DNA from: Octopus vulgaris
Lineage: Eukaryota
Assembly (NCBI GenBank): GCA_951406725.2
Contig: OX597827.1
Location: forward strand, 39,246,001 to 39,310,000
Length of the DNA: 64,000 bases
Direction: 5' to 3'
Part shown: piece after piece, positions 51,819 to 64,000 of the stretch
Layout of the letters: each line of letters starts with the position of its first letter
How positions within the stretch are numbered: position 1 is the first letter of the stretch
Notes under the pieces: model-generated
The model's input: only the letters and a program-made list of their open reading frames with translations
Database searches by the model: none
What the model was told of the DNA's origin: nothing
Made by a program: the position numbers and the translations under genes

Positions 51819-52033
51819 AGTATGCAAACATAAGCATGCATGCGTAAACACACATTCACACACACATGCACTCACACACACACATACACACAAATATACA
51901 TATAAGATTACCCAATTGCTGCTGTAGAAATTCCAATGAAAGGATCATGTTTTTAGGCTAAAAACCGGTTCTTATTCCATTGACAAGAAATTTGAAAAGT
52001 AAAACCAGGAAATCATACAACACACCTCCCCTC

Positions 52034-52091
<58 letters not shown>

Positions 52092-53008
52092 GTGTGCAAG
52101 TGCATGCGTGTGTGCAAGTGCATGCGTGTGTGCAAGTGCATGCGTGTGTGTGTGTGTGTGCATTAGAGCTAACACACTATGTCAAAGAAAGCATTTTAGA
52201 TGTTACATATACTAACTGAGGAGGTACATTTACAAAGTTACATACACAATTTAAAAAAAAAGAAGTTTTTTTTGATACAACATGCTAATACAACACTTGT
52301 ATTTTTTTCATATCAGCCCCAAATGCATCAATAAACACATTTCACATTCCTAATATACACATATGTCACAATAATTTGGCGTACCTTTAACATACATATC
52401 TGTTACACACAAATATTGAATCTCAGAACTCTAATTAATAATATATTGAGAGTTATGCCCCTTGAATTATGCCTATGACCCGAGTGAAATCACCATACGA
52501 AAGTATCACATTTGAAAAACATGTCTGATGAATGAAAATGTATGTGTTCTCTGTTTTCTGTGAGAGCGTTATCTTTCTGGTTGACATGAAACTTGACTTA
52601 CATAGCTGTATTTCATAAGTATTGACTGTACACACACACACAAACACATATATATATACACATACACACGTATATATACACATACACACACACACACATA
52701 TCAATTTGTATATCCTACTTAAAGTGGATATACAATTAGAACATCATAGCATTGTGGCATCTCATATAGGAAAAGTACTGAAGTATCAATAGCAGCAGTG
52801 GAACTGCTAGATCATGTGGTTTCTGCATACATGTGCATTATCAGTTGTAGGTATCCACTATCACCACATGCTAGCCAAATTTTGCCTTTACTGATATTTA
52901 GAAAAACAGTGATTAATCAGTCACTGTTATCACAAATATGTGTGTGTGTGTCTGTATGTTGTCTACACCACCTGCCTTCGTCTTATGTTTTTTTTGTGAA
53001 TTCTCCCC

Positions 53009-53059
<51 letters not shown>

Positions 53060-53176
53060 TGTGTGTGTATGTGTGTGTGTGTATGCGGGGTGCAATGGGT
53101 AAATCATCACTATTTTATATTTTTAATTTCGCGTATGTGCATTGTTTGTTTTTGATTTTGTCAACTACACAGTATA

Positions 53177-53626
53177 GTAGGGTCAGTTGGGTACCGTCTG
53201 TGAGAAAAACAGCACCATGATGTAATTCATTATGCCAGAAATTTGGAAACGACATGTTGTACTGCTTGGCATTTGTGTCAGAAGCTCCAATACGAACATT
53301 TCAGAGTGTTTGGGTGTCAGTCTGAGAATAGTGCAATCTGAGGACTGAGAGTGATAAAAATCAAACATCCAATCAACATCATGGTGTTTGGAGCAATCAC
53401 TAGTGACAGTGATGTTATGCTTCCATTCATCTTCCCACATGGTCTCAGACTCAACATAGAGGCCTACATCAAGTGCCTGGAGGAGGTAGTGCTGTCCTGA
53501 GTTGAGGGTGGCTACTGGAAGACCCTATGTCTGGCAACAGGACTCTGCACCATATCATACAAGCAGGAGAACCCTGTTATGGCTGTCAGACAATTTCTGC
53601 AACCACATTACCCCTAACATCTGGCT
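53177..53626 (+). mobile_element. Deleted maT/DD37D-like Tc1/mariner transposase fragment
   Basis: KHPINIMVFGAITSDSDVMLPFIFPHGLRLNIEAYIKCLEEVVL...GRPYVWQQDSAPYHTSRRTLLWLSDNF...PNIW; subfamily assigned by motif resemblance only. Confidence 0.8.
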
Positions 53627-55066
53627 GAGAGACCAACAAAACTCCTTATAGCACCAAGAGTGATACTGAGTAGTAGAAAAATGAGGCTATTGAATGTGGA
53701 GGATATGCAAAGGCTAGACAGAAATGAGACGAGATGGATGTGTGATGTTAGTTTAAATGAATTACTAGATCATAAGCTGAGAGTGAAATCTTGGTGCAAG
53801 AATTTTATACCAGTTGTAGTGCACACTAACATGAAGTTCAGTCCTTGTTGCAGTGTGGTGGCTGGTGGCTTGTGTGCTTCAATAACCCTGAGAGCTATGA
53901 CAGTAGAACACAAGCTTGTGACAGGGTCTCACATATTAGATAGGTCAAAAAACAGAGACCAGACTAATATGAATCACACTTCTTCCCAGAAGTAAAAGTG
54001 GATTTGCATAGAGCCAACACCTCGGATTACACACACGCACACACACACACACAAAAACATCTAGAAACATCAATGATGATTCAAAACCAACAAGACCTTG
54101 GAGAAAAAGGCCTTCCCTCAAAAAAAAAAAAAAAAATGATGCAGTGCAGCAAAATAGGAAAGGAAGCTGCAAAGCTGCAGAGCTGAAAAAGCAGGCATCC
54201 GATTGGAGAGAAGCAGAAAAGACAGTCTTGAGTTAAGAACAGTGGAGGAAAAGTCAGCAATAGCCTATGGTCCATAGGGAATGAAGGGTTTAAGTTGAGA
54301 GAGTAGAATGCAAGAGAGAAAACTGATGGTACGGATAAATAGAGGATGCCTGTAGAAGATGGCAGCTGGAGGTTAACAAGGTCCAAGTGTAAGGAGTCAA
54401 CAGAAGGGGTTGATTGAGGAAGACATGGGAAGATGCAGTGGGGGATGATTTCAGGATGCTAAACTTCATAAAGATGACAAGGACCTCAATATGTGATGAG
54501 ACACTGTGTTGGAAAATACCTGTCCAATCTAAGCAAGAATGGAAAAATGATGATGATGATGATGATGATGATGACGATCATGATGACGATGACAATGATG
54601 ATGATGATGGTGGTGGGATACAATAAATATGCTTATGATGTGTAAATATTGTACGTGCCTATATAGATTTTATATATACATTAGGTGTACGTGCTTCTCT
54701 ATCATGTCAAAGCAAAGTAAGAACATAATTCAGGTGGGTGGTTTGGCAGGAAAGAAAGAAGCGGTGGTGGTGGTGGGGGAAAGAAATTTATTATAGCAAG
54801 GAGAAAAATAAAAATAGAAAAAGAACAAGGAAACAAACAAAGCTAAAAGAAAATTGCAATGATTTCTCACATGCTGGTGTATATTTAACCCCAAAAGAAT
54901 TATGCTGTGCTTGTATCTGCCTACACACATGCAATTATATATATATATACATATATATACATATATATATATACATATATATATATATACATATATATAC
55001 ATACATATATATATATACATATATATATACATACATATATATATACATACATATATACATACATAT

Positions 55067-55117
<51 letters not shown>

Positions 55118-56448
55118 CATGTTGTAAAGCTTTGTTCAGTGTGCAAGGGGGAGAGGGAGGGAATGAAGGTGGGGGAGAGAGTGATTTCTCTCAAGACTAA
55201 GATAACTAAACAGCTACGACACAGTGGTTTTATTGGTATGCAGATCTTTCTGGAAGGGCGTAGCACTTTCTAACCACCCTGATTTGATGCAGTGCCAACA
55301 CGTAGTCACCTGACTGACGAGCTTTTGGCTAACTCACCAACAAAGGCTTAAAAATAATAATAATGATAATACCAGTAGCGATTGCAGTAGTGGTACTAGT
55401 AGTAATAGTAGCAGTTGTCTAATGGGGGTTCCTTCATATTCATATCGAAAATTATGGAAAATCATTTTGTGTAAAAGCCCTTTCAATAACAAAGACTGGC
55501 TGATAACAATAACCAGTTGATAATATTTAGCAGAAAATGAGTCTAATAGGTAGAACATTTTTAATTAAGAGATTTGTAATCACTAATTTTGATAACAATA
55601 ACTGTTTAATAATATCATCACCAATTATAGTGAGGGGCTTTCTGTGTATGTATGTGTACATACACACATATATACACCAATGCTGTCAGCCACACCAACT
55701 GACTTAACAGCAGATTCTCCACTTCCATTACCAACACTTTTGATTGCACCAATGCCATCATCACGCAACTGCAATCTATCATATCACTGTAGCTAGTATG
55801 CTTTAGTTTCTTCTCTATAGCAATAAGTTTGCAGTAGTGGTTGTATATTTTTTTTATGCGGATGTCCAAGTTTTTATTTTGTGTAAGTGATAGTGTATGC
55901 ACATGTGTGTGTGTGTGTGTGTGTGTGCATGTGTGTGTGTGGTGGTGGTGGTGTGTGTGTATGTGTGTGTGTGTGTGGTGTATGTATGTGTGTATGTGTG
56001 TGTGGCAATTGAGCTGTTGTTGCATAAGTGGTTGTTTTATTCTGTTTGGCTTAAATCATTTCTTGAAGGCAAATTTATTTTGGTGTCTGCAACATGAAAT
56101 GAGTTCAGTTTTCATGTTTAGTGAGACTGAGGTTTCAGTGATTATGCTGAATTTTTCTGTAGTGCATAGGGGGCAGGTTCCGTGCACAGTCTATAATACT
56201 TGCCTATATGCATCAGCATCTGAACGTGGTCAATGCCAGTGGCACCTGACTGGCTTCTGTGCAGGTGGCACGTAAAAAGCACTCACTACACTCTCAGAAT
56301 GGTTGGCGTTAGGAAGGGAATCCAGCAGTAGAAACATTGCCAGATCAGATTGGAGCCTGGTGAGGCCTCCTGGCTTGCCAGTCCCAGTCAAACCATCCAA
56401 TCCATACCAGCATGGAAAATGGACATTAAACAATGATGATGATGATGA

Positions 56449-56485
<37 letters not shown>

Positions 56486-58081
56486 AGAAATAACCTCTAT
56501 TTAGTAATTCAGTTGAAAATTATACACATATATTATATATTGTGAAATTTGATTTAGAATTTCTAAATTGAATTTTTGCCTGTAAGTTTGGAATTATATT
56601 CCCTACTATTATTATTGAAAATAATTTTACTATATATATAAATGTGTGTTTCTTATTTAATTATTTATATCTAATTTCAAAAAGAAGGAATCATTCGCAA
56701 GCTCAGGTACCAAGTTTTCTCAGTTGGATTTAGATGGTGACAACTCAGTCAATTGACAAATTAAAATTAAGAAAAGTAAACATTTTAAAAATTATTATCT
56801 TATAGCCTGGCTTCATTTAAAACATGCTAATTTTCGATCCCTAACTGTTTAAGATATTGCATGTTTACTTAAGGATTTTCTCATCACTACTTTGGGAAGG
56901 ACAGCGAACTGTGCTTCACCAAGGAGGTCTAATAAGATTAAAACATTAAAACTTGTGCACTTGTTGAAATGATTAAAATAATATTAGTCTTTGAGCTGAT
57001 GTCTTTTCTTCAGCAAATAATAAATTCTAATTAGATTTTTAGTACTTAGTATATTAAATTGACTAACCTATTGATAATATAACAAATTTTGCTATAGTTA
57101 TATATGTTACCTATTTGAATTTTATAAGTTCATACCTAAAAAAACACAATGTTGAAAAATTCTCTCAGCAAAGTCACATGTTAAACTTGCATAGTTTTAC
57201 TGTTCCACTTACAAATTGAACCTGTAGAAAACATGTAAAGTGGTCTTATTTCAAAATCTCAAGCCTTGAAGATTACGTTTTGAACATGAAGTAACATAAC
57301 CAATTGCATCAATAATGATGGACAGAAATGAAAATTCATAAACAGAACAGAGAAGTAGCTTTTATGAAATATTATTTAAATGTCCTTTTCTTAAATAATC
57401 TTGTATAAGACCTTCTTATCTCTTGTACAGATAATTTCCACAACACTGCATGTGAATATGGTGGCTGTCTGATCTGGAGAATGTTGTGCTTGGCCAAAAA
57501 CTGCTGAATGGGCAGGTGTTGTCATGGCAATATTGCCACTCACTGGATACATGTAATTCTGTTTGATAACTGCATACTACAGACTTTACTTCCAAGCACT
57601 GTTATAAACAACGGAAGTGAATAAGAACATTATAACTTTATGTGTATGTGCAACAGAGTCCAAGGGCAATCTGTGCCAAGTGGCTTCACACTGCATACTC
57701 CTCTAGCTCCATTAGTATAGCAAAAGTCCTAATACTTTTTCATAAGACTTCATGTATGTGTATGTATGTATGTATAGGGTCCTTGTGTCTACCCTATGTG
57801 TAAGTTTTGTAGTATTTAATGCATTTTTCATTTATATGTACACACACACACACGAGGAGTACTTAACACATTTGGTTGGAGTCACATGCATTTAATAGCA
57901 GTTTGACTCTGCTCTGCATTACTTAGAGTTTCTTGGGCATAGAACACATTCTCCTTGTCAGATTAAGGTGCATGTGTCCTATGCCCATGAAAGTAGTGCA
58001 CTTTAATGAAAGTGATGTAAAGTAATATGGAGCTGAGCCAAACAGTATAAATGATACATATATATATATATATATAGTATA

Positions 58082-58660
58082 CAGGATGGCCCAGAAGCAA
58101 CTGGATCGTATTGAATTTATTGAATATTGCTAATTGTTTGTCATCCATCTTTGACAACACAATGATGGCCAAATCATATCTAAAATTGTTGAATGAAAAG
58201 TTGTGGCCTATAATGTCTCAATATGAAGATCCCGTTGATTTGAACTTTCAGCAGGATGGTGGCCCTGCTCATTATGGTCTACCTGTTCGAAACTATCTTG
58301 ATGAACATTTTCCAGGCAGATAGATAGGCTGTTGTGGACCTGTGGAATGGCCTGCAAGCTCCCCAGACCTCAGTCCACCGGCCTTCATTCTCTGGGGAGT
58401 ACTCAAAAATCAGGTCTTCAAAACTAAGCCAAAAAATTTCAGTGATTTGAAACAGAATATCAAAAATGCATGGCAAGATATTACACCAGAATTGTGCAAA
58501 AAATGTAACTGATTCAACTACTAAACGATGTTGTAACTGTGTTGTAAATAATAGTTTATGTTTTGAACATTTGCTGTAAACTCGAGTAATAGAAATTTCT
58601 TTTTCATTTATTTGTAACTTTTAACAATGATTAGGGTTCAGTTACTTCTGGGGCACCCTG
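58082..58660 (+). mobile_element. Internally deleted rosa/DD41D-type transposon
   Basis: TA|caggatggcccagaagcaactg ... cagttacttctggggcaccctg|TA; FQQDGGPAH...FPGR*IG...WPASSPDLSPPAFILWGVLK with 41 residues between the second Asp and the mutated third catalytic position. Confidence 0.85.
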
Positions 58661-58749
58661 TATACATATATATAAATATATATATATATATAGTACGTTT
58701 ATATATTTGTTGTGCAAGATTTTTTCTGTAAAGTCGTGTGTTGAAACAG

Positions 58750-59199
58750 ATATTGTTATATTTCAGAATGGTCATTTTGCCAGTTTAGCCAATAAAAACA
58801 CAAGCACTATATATTTGGTGTTACTTTGCTTCAGTGTTATTTATTTTATATTAATCTTAATCTTATTTCGGCCAGAGTTCTTTCGTCACACTCCTGTGAC
58901 TGCATCAGTGGTCCTTTGTTTTCTTCTTTCTTATTTGTGTCTTTTCTTACTAACCGTCAGCCATTTTGTATTTTGAAATACAAAATGGCTGACGGTTAGT
59001 AAGGAGAGACACATATAAGAAAGAAGAAAACAAAGGACTACTGATGCAGTCACAGGAGTGTGACGAAAGAACTCTGGCCGAAATAAGATTAAGATTAATA
59101 TAAAATAAATAACACTGAAGCAAAGTAACACCAAATATATAGTGCTTGTGTTTTTATTGGCTAAACTGGCAAAATGACTATTCCGAAATATAACAATAT
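58750..59199. repeat. 450-bp near-perfect palindrome (224-bp arms, 2-nt centre)
   Basis: Centre gccattttgtattt-tg-aaatacaaaatggc; the mirror ORFs 58707+ and 58931- translate almost identically. Confidence 0.96.
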
Positions 59200-59240
59200 A
59201 TATATATAACAATATATATATATATATATATATATATGAA

Positions 59241-59576
59241 TGACCCCCTTCGGTCAGACAATGACCATGGGTTTGCACCTAGAGAGTTACCCTCTGAGGC
59301 ACAAGTCTGGGCAAGATTGTTTTTATGGAAGACCAGCAGTCGCCCATGCATACTGGCCTCCCCTCTCCACGTCACCGATGTTGTCCAAGGGAAAGGCAAG
59401 GGCCGATACAGCTTGGCACCTGTGACGTCGCAACTTGTTTCTACAGCTGAGTGAACTGGAACAACGTGAAATAAAGTGTCTTGCTCAAGAACACAACACG
59501 CAGCCCGGTCCAGGATTCGAGCTCACAACCTCACGATCATAAGCTCGACGCTTGTAACCGCTGAGCCACGCGCCTT
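59241..59576 (-). mobile_element. SINE family C, young CpG-rich copy
   Basis: Reverse head aggcgcgtggctcagcggttac...gagctcgaatcctgg. Confidence 0.85.
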
Positions 59577-59589
59577 ATATATATATATA

Positions 59590-59792
59590 TAGTTAATCCA
59601 AACATGAACAAAGAGAAAACACAACAATGCGAGGACGTGGAACAAGTATAGTGTTATTGGACACTCAGGAAAGGAAAGAAAGAAGGAGGATTTAACGTTT
59701 TGTGCGGAGCTCTTTGTCAGAAACGTAGAAAAAGGAAATGTCTAACGAAGGGAAGACGGAGAAAGAAAATCGCCAATGATACACACGTGGTC
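59590..59792 (-). mobile_element. Penelope-like element terminal repeat with a decayed minimal hammerhead
   Basis: Minus strand CTGACAA-AGAGCTCCGCAC-AAAACGTT versus core CTGANGA-stem-GAAAC; inserted in (TA)n. Confidence 0.55.
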
Positions 59793-60247
59793 TCTCTCTC
59801 TCTCACTATATATATATATATATAAGTGGGTGAACAAGGGAAATTAGTATTCAGCACATTGATATGAGTTACATATGTGTGTGTGTGCATGGTCTTCAAA
59901 TCACAACATCGTGCCATCTTGACAAAGTGAGATTACACTGGACAAGTGTAGATATAGAAAAAAGATGCAGTAGGTAGAGTCAAAATGCCATCCACCAAGG
60001 CCTAAACAATCACTATCTCTGAAATAGCCTAGTCCACCTATTTCTAAATAAATACAATATGAGGAACAATTAGGAGGAAACAAGGTTTTGCAGCAAACAA
60101 GAGAACCAGGGGTGGTTGTTCCACAGAGGTTACTTGCCTTATAAAATATATAGACAAAACCTTTAATGCTATCTTTATAGTATCAGTCTAGGCTATGGAA
60201 CTACCCTTCACCATACACACAGATCTGTCTATCTGTATGTCTGATTG

Positions 60248-60323
<76 letters not shown>

Positions 60324-60364
60324 CCTACCTACATACCTACCTACCTACCTACCTACCTACCTAA

Positions 60365-60426
<62 letters not shown>

Positions 60427-60951
60427 GTGCATGCGTGTATATGTGTATGTATATGCATGTATATGTATGTATGCATGTGAAGAGACACTAACACACAAAC
60501 ACACACACACACACACATCAAATAAGGGAGTAGAGAGTGGGAGAGAGAGACTCATACTATATTTCTTTGAGACAAACAAGACAAACGTCAAAAAAAAAGA
60601 GCAAGATGAAGAAATATTTACCAAAAGCATTCTTTTAGATAACACTAAAGAAGTAAAAATACCAACAGTTTCTTTACTTACTACACAAACACATACAAAA
60701 ATCACTCAGATACATACATCAAAATTAGGTGCTAGGTGTGATAAACAAATGGTAAGATTCTCATGAAATGGAAGTGTCTGGGACATAATATCAATTCTCT
60801 ACTACAATATATTTTCAGTTACTTTGCTAATATCCCTGGGGTGAAAAAACAACCTCACAAAGTCATTTCTTTGAGAGTTTTTCCATTTCTTATCTTCTTC
60901 TGTAATTAACTATGGTTTCATACTTACGTAAAAAATGTGTTGCATACATAC

Positions 60952-61039
<88 letters not shown>

Positions 61040-61139
61040 CATGCTTATATACATATAAAGATATGTATATGTATCTTTGTATCTATAACCATCAGTCACG
61101 CACCATGCATAAATACTCAGGGGAAGCAGAAAGCATTAA

Positions 61140-61480
61140 TAACATAAACTGTTGACAATGAGCCTTATCACTTTGAAACAATGCACAGCAGATTCCTTGT
61201 GTTTACTTAAAACATTCGTTGCTTACCTTCAGAAAACAAAAATTATGAGAAACAACAGGTTCAACATTTTATCAAACAACCACTCAGCCATTTTTTTTCC
61301 TGCTATATCTTGTGGTTCAAAATGTTTTGATAATTATATTTTGTGTCACTGCACTGTTGAAAATGTTTCTGATCAGGTGTTCTTTTACCATTTTCAATAA
61401 TGTTTGACTTCATAATACTTCTCAGACAGATTCTTTCGTGATTCATTATTCCATATTTGTAAGTGGATAAATTTTGAAAT
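61140..61480 (-). mobile_element. Possible hAT transposase relic (TTF-type zinc finger region)
   Basis: Broken frames give KHFQQ..., EWLFDKMLNLLF..., VLSKHKESAVHCF, resembling the WL...FC..C...KHE.S..H pattern. Confidence 0.4.
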
Positions 61481-61764
61481 AGAATATATCTCTAGAAACT
61501 AGGTCAACTATTAGAGCCAGACAATGGGACTAATGAATATATCCAATCAATGCCTTAAGTATTAAAATATGAAAGTATTCAAATTATAAAAATACTTTCC
61601 AGATGTGCTGATTGTTTGTGTCTGTCCATACACATATCTAATCTGTAGCAAAGAATAGGAATTAGTCTTCTATTCTGTTACCATATGTAATGCATATGAT
61701 GCTTCAGTCATGGCACATTGTTTAATATAGTCATATTGATATATATATATATATATATATATAT

Positions 61765-62237
61765 AGGCGCAGGAGTGGCTGTGTGGTAAGTAGCTTGTTT
61801 ACCAACCACAAGGGTTCAGTCCCACTGCGTGGCACCTTGGGCAAGTGTCTCCTGCTATAGCCTCAGGCCGACCAAAGCCTTGTTAGTGGATTTGGTAGAT
61901 GGAAACTGAAAGAAGCCCGTCGTATATATGTATATATAGATATATGCGTGTGTGTGTTTGTGTATCTGTGTTTGTCTCCCTAGCATTGCTTGACAACCGA
62001 TGCTGATGTGTTTATGTCCCCGTTGCTTAGCGGTTCGGCAAAAGAGACCGATAGAATAAGTACTGGGCTTACAAAAGAATAAGTCCCGGGGTCGAGTTGC
62101 TCGATTAAAGGCGGTGCTCCAGCATGGCCGCAGTCAAATGACTGAAACAAGTAAAAGAGTAAAAGAGTAAAAGAGTATGGCTTCACAGACCCCAGTAGAA
62201 CTGTCCAACCCATGCTAGCATGGAAAACGGACGCTAA

Positions 62238-62318
<81 letters not shown>

Positions 62319-63157
62319 CACAGCTGGACGGCCTTCTGTGCTTACTTTGGATCGTAGGGCAACCTGCTGTGCTTGAGGAGACCTATTGAGTCAAGTACAT
62401 CAACATCAAAATAAAAATCAAATGGAAATTGTAGTTGTGATACCCATGCTGGTGGCACATAAAAAGCACCATATGAACGTGGCCAATGCCAGCGCCGCCT
62501 TGACTGGCTTCCGTGCTGGTGGCACGTAAAAACACCAACTGATCGTAGCCGTTTCCAGCCTCCCCTGGCTCCTGTGCCAGTGGTACATAAAAAGCACACA
62601 CTACACTCATGGAGTGGTTGGTGTTAGGAAGGGCATCCAGCTGTAGAAACACTGCCAGATCAGACTGGAGCCTGGTGCAGCCATCTGGTTCGCCAGTCCT
62701 CAGTCAAATCGTCCAACCCATGCTAGCATGGAAAGTGGACATTAAACGATAATGATGATGATGATGATGATTTATATTTATGCGCAGGAGTGGCTGTGTG
62801 GTATGTAGCTTGCTTACCAACCACATGGTTCCAGGTTCAGTCCCACTGCATGGCACCTTGGGCAAGTGTCTTCTACTATAGCCTTGGGCTAACCAAAGCC
62901 TAGTGAGTGGATTTGGTAGACGGAAACTGAAAGAAGCCTGTCGTATATATGTATATATATAAATGTGTGTGTGTGTGTCTGTGTTTATCCCCCCAACATC
63001 GCTTGACAACTGATGCTGGTGTGCTTACGTCCCCATAACTTAGCGGTTCAGCTAGACTTACAAAGAATAAGTCCTGGGGTCGATTTGCTTGACTAAAGGT
63101 GGTGCTCCAGCATGGCCACAGTCAAATGACTGAAACAAGTAAAAGTGTAAAAGAGTA
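61765..63157. mobile_element. SINE cluster: family A (+) 61765-62178, family B pieces (-) 62185-62752, family A (+) 62780-63157
   Basis: aggcgcaggagtggctgtgtggtaagtagcttg...ggttcagtcccactgc heads and (gtaaaaga)n tails. Confidence 0.85.
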
Positions 63158-63848
63158 TGTGTGTGTGGATGGAGGGGGGTGATGGCATTATCAGTTTTTC
63201 TGGTTGACAAAATGTCTTTGAAGTTGTGTGGAATAAGTGATCTCTTATCTAAAAATAAAGGTAAGAGTTAATGTCGGGAAGGGCATCTGGTAGTGAAACA
63301 ATGCCTGAAATTACATATTCAGCCAGCCCATGTAAGCAGACCTTAGATGTCAATCCAATCTCCACTTGTAAATGGATGGACTCTCCGGAACTTTAGCTGT
63401 CTGAATCAACTAGTGCCTGATGACACTTAATCAGCAGTATAAATCATCTGTCTCCCTCTCTCTCTTTCACTCTCCCTCTCTCTCTCTCCATGTTTCCTGG
63501 AGATTCCCCCTTTCACATCAAACACCAGGTCCCACTCGCACTAATACCATATGTTGCAAGCAGTGGTCATATTTGTTCATGTCCATCTCACACCAGAACG
63601 ACCTCCACACATGCAAAAATACACAAATACACACACACACACACGCACACACACACACACACATACAATGTCTCCATCACATACACTTTACACTGTCTGT
63701 TCCATCACATGCAAAAATCAATAGTTTCTTGTATTTTCTCCTTCACAGACACAGACTGTTGACATTAGTTGTTGGTGGTATTGACGGCAGTTGTAATAGT
63801 AGTGGTGATAGTTTGGTGGTGGTGGTGGTGGCAGTGATGATAGTTGTA

Positions 63849-63902
<54 letters not shown>

Positions 63903-64000
63903 ATGGTGTGTTTGTGGAGTTGGTGGTGGTTGTGGGCGGAATGACAAAGGTGTGGTGGTGGTGGTGGTGTGTGAGGTTTAAAGATGTCAGTAGTAGGAGG

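Noticed and set aside
55305-55340. ctgacgagcttttggctaac as a hammerhead, and gtgagt (minus strand) as a first-exon donor
   Set aside because: The GAAA core is missing, and no promoter or first exon could be supported from sequence alone; the TSS remains unlocated.

Overview
AT-rich, microsatellite- and SINE-dense eukaryotic DNA whose repeat families look like an octopus/coleoid cephalopod genome (inferred from repeat style). One multi-exon minus-strand gene spans most of the window. I reconstructed nine phase-compatible GT-AG coding exons (47789 to 22112, 424 codons) encoding an N-terminal membrane anchor, two KH domains and an extended Tudor domain, i.e. a TDRKH/Papi-like piRNA-pathway protein. 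Both KH GxxG loops are broken (GTNR, GNNY) and the Tudor cage is substituted. The frame appears to continue into a stop-free exon of at least 4094 nt (at least 1364 codons) that runs off the window start and is missing from the ORF track. That exon encodes an acidic tail with four W-x-[KM]-F-Y (FFAT-like) motifs and a young 321-bp/107-aa tandem array. Introns hold decayed mariner, Tc1, DD37D, DD41D and hAT transposons, LINE fragments, several SINE families, long palindromes and Penelope-type hammerhead relics. Most listed ORFs are microsatellite or antisense artefacts. Exon joins are predictions; repeat coordinates are approximate.
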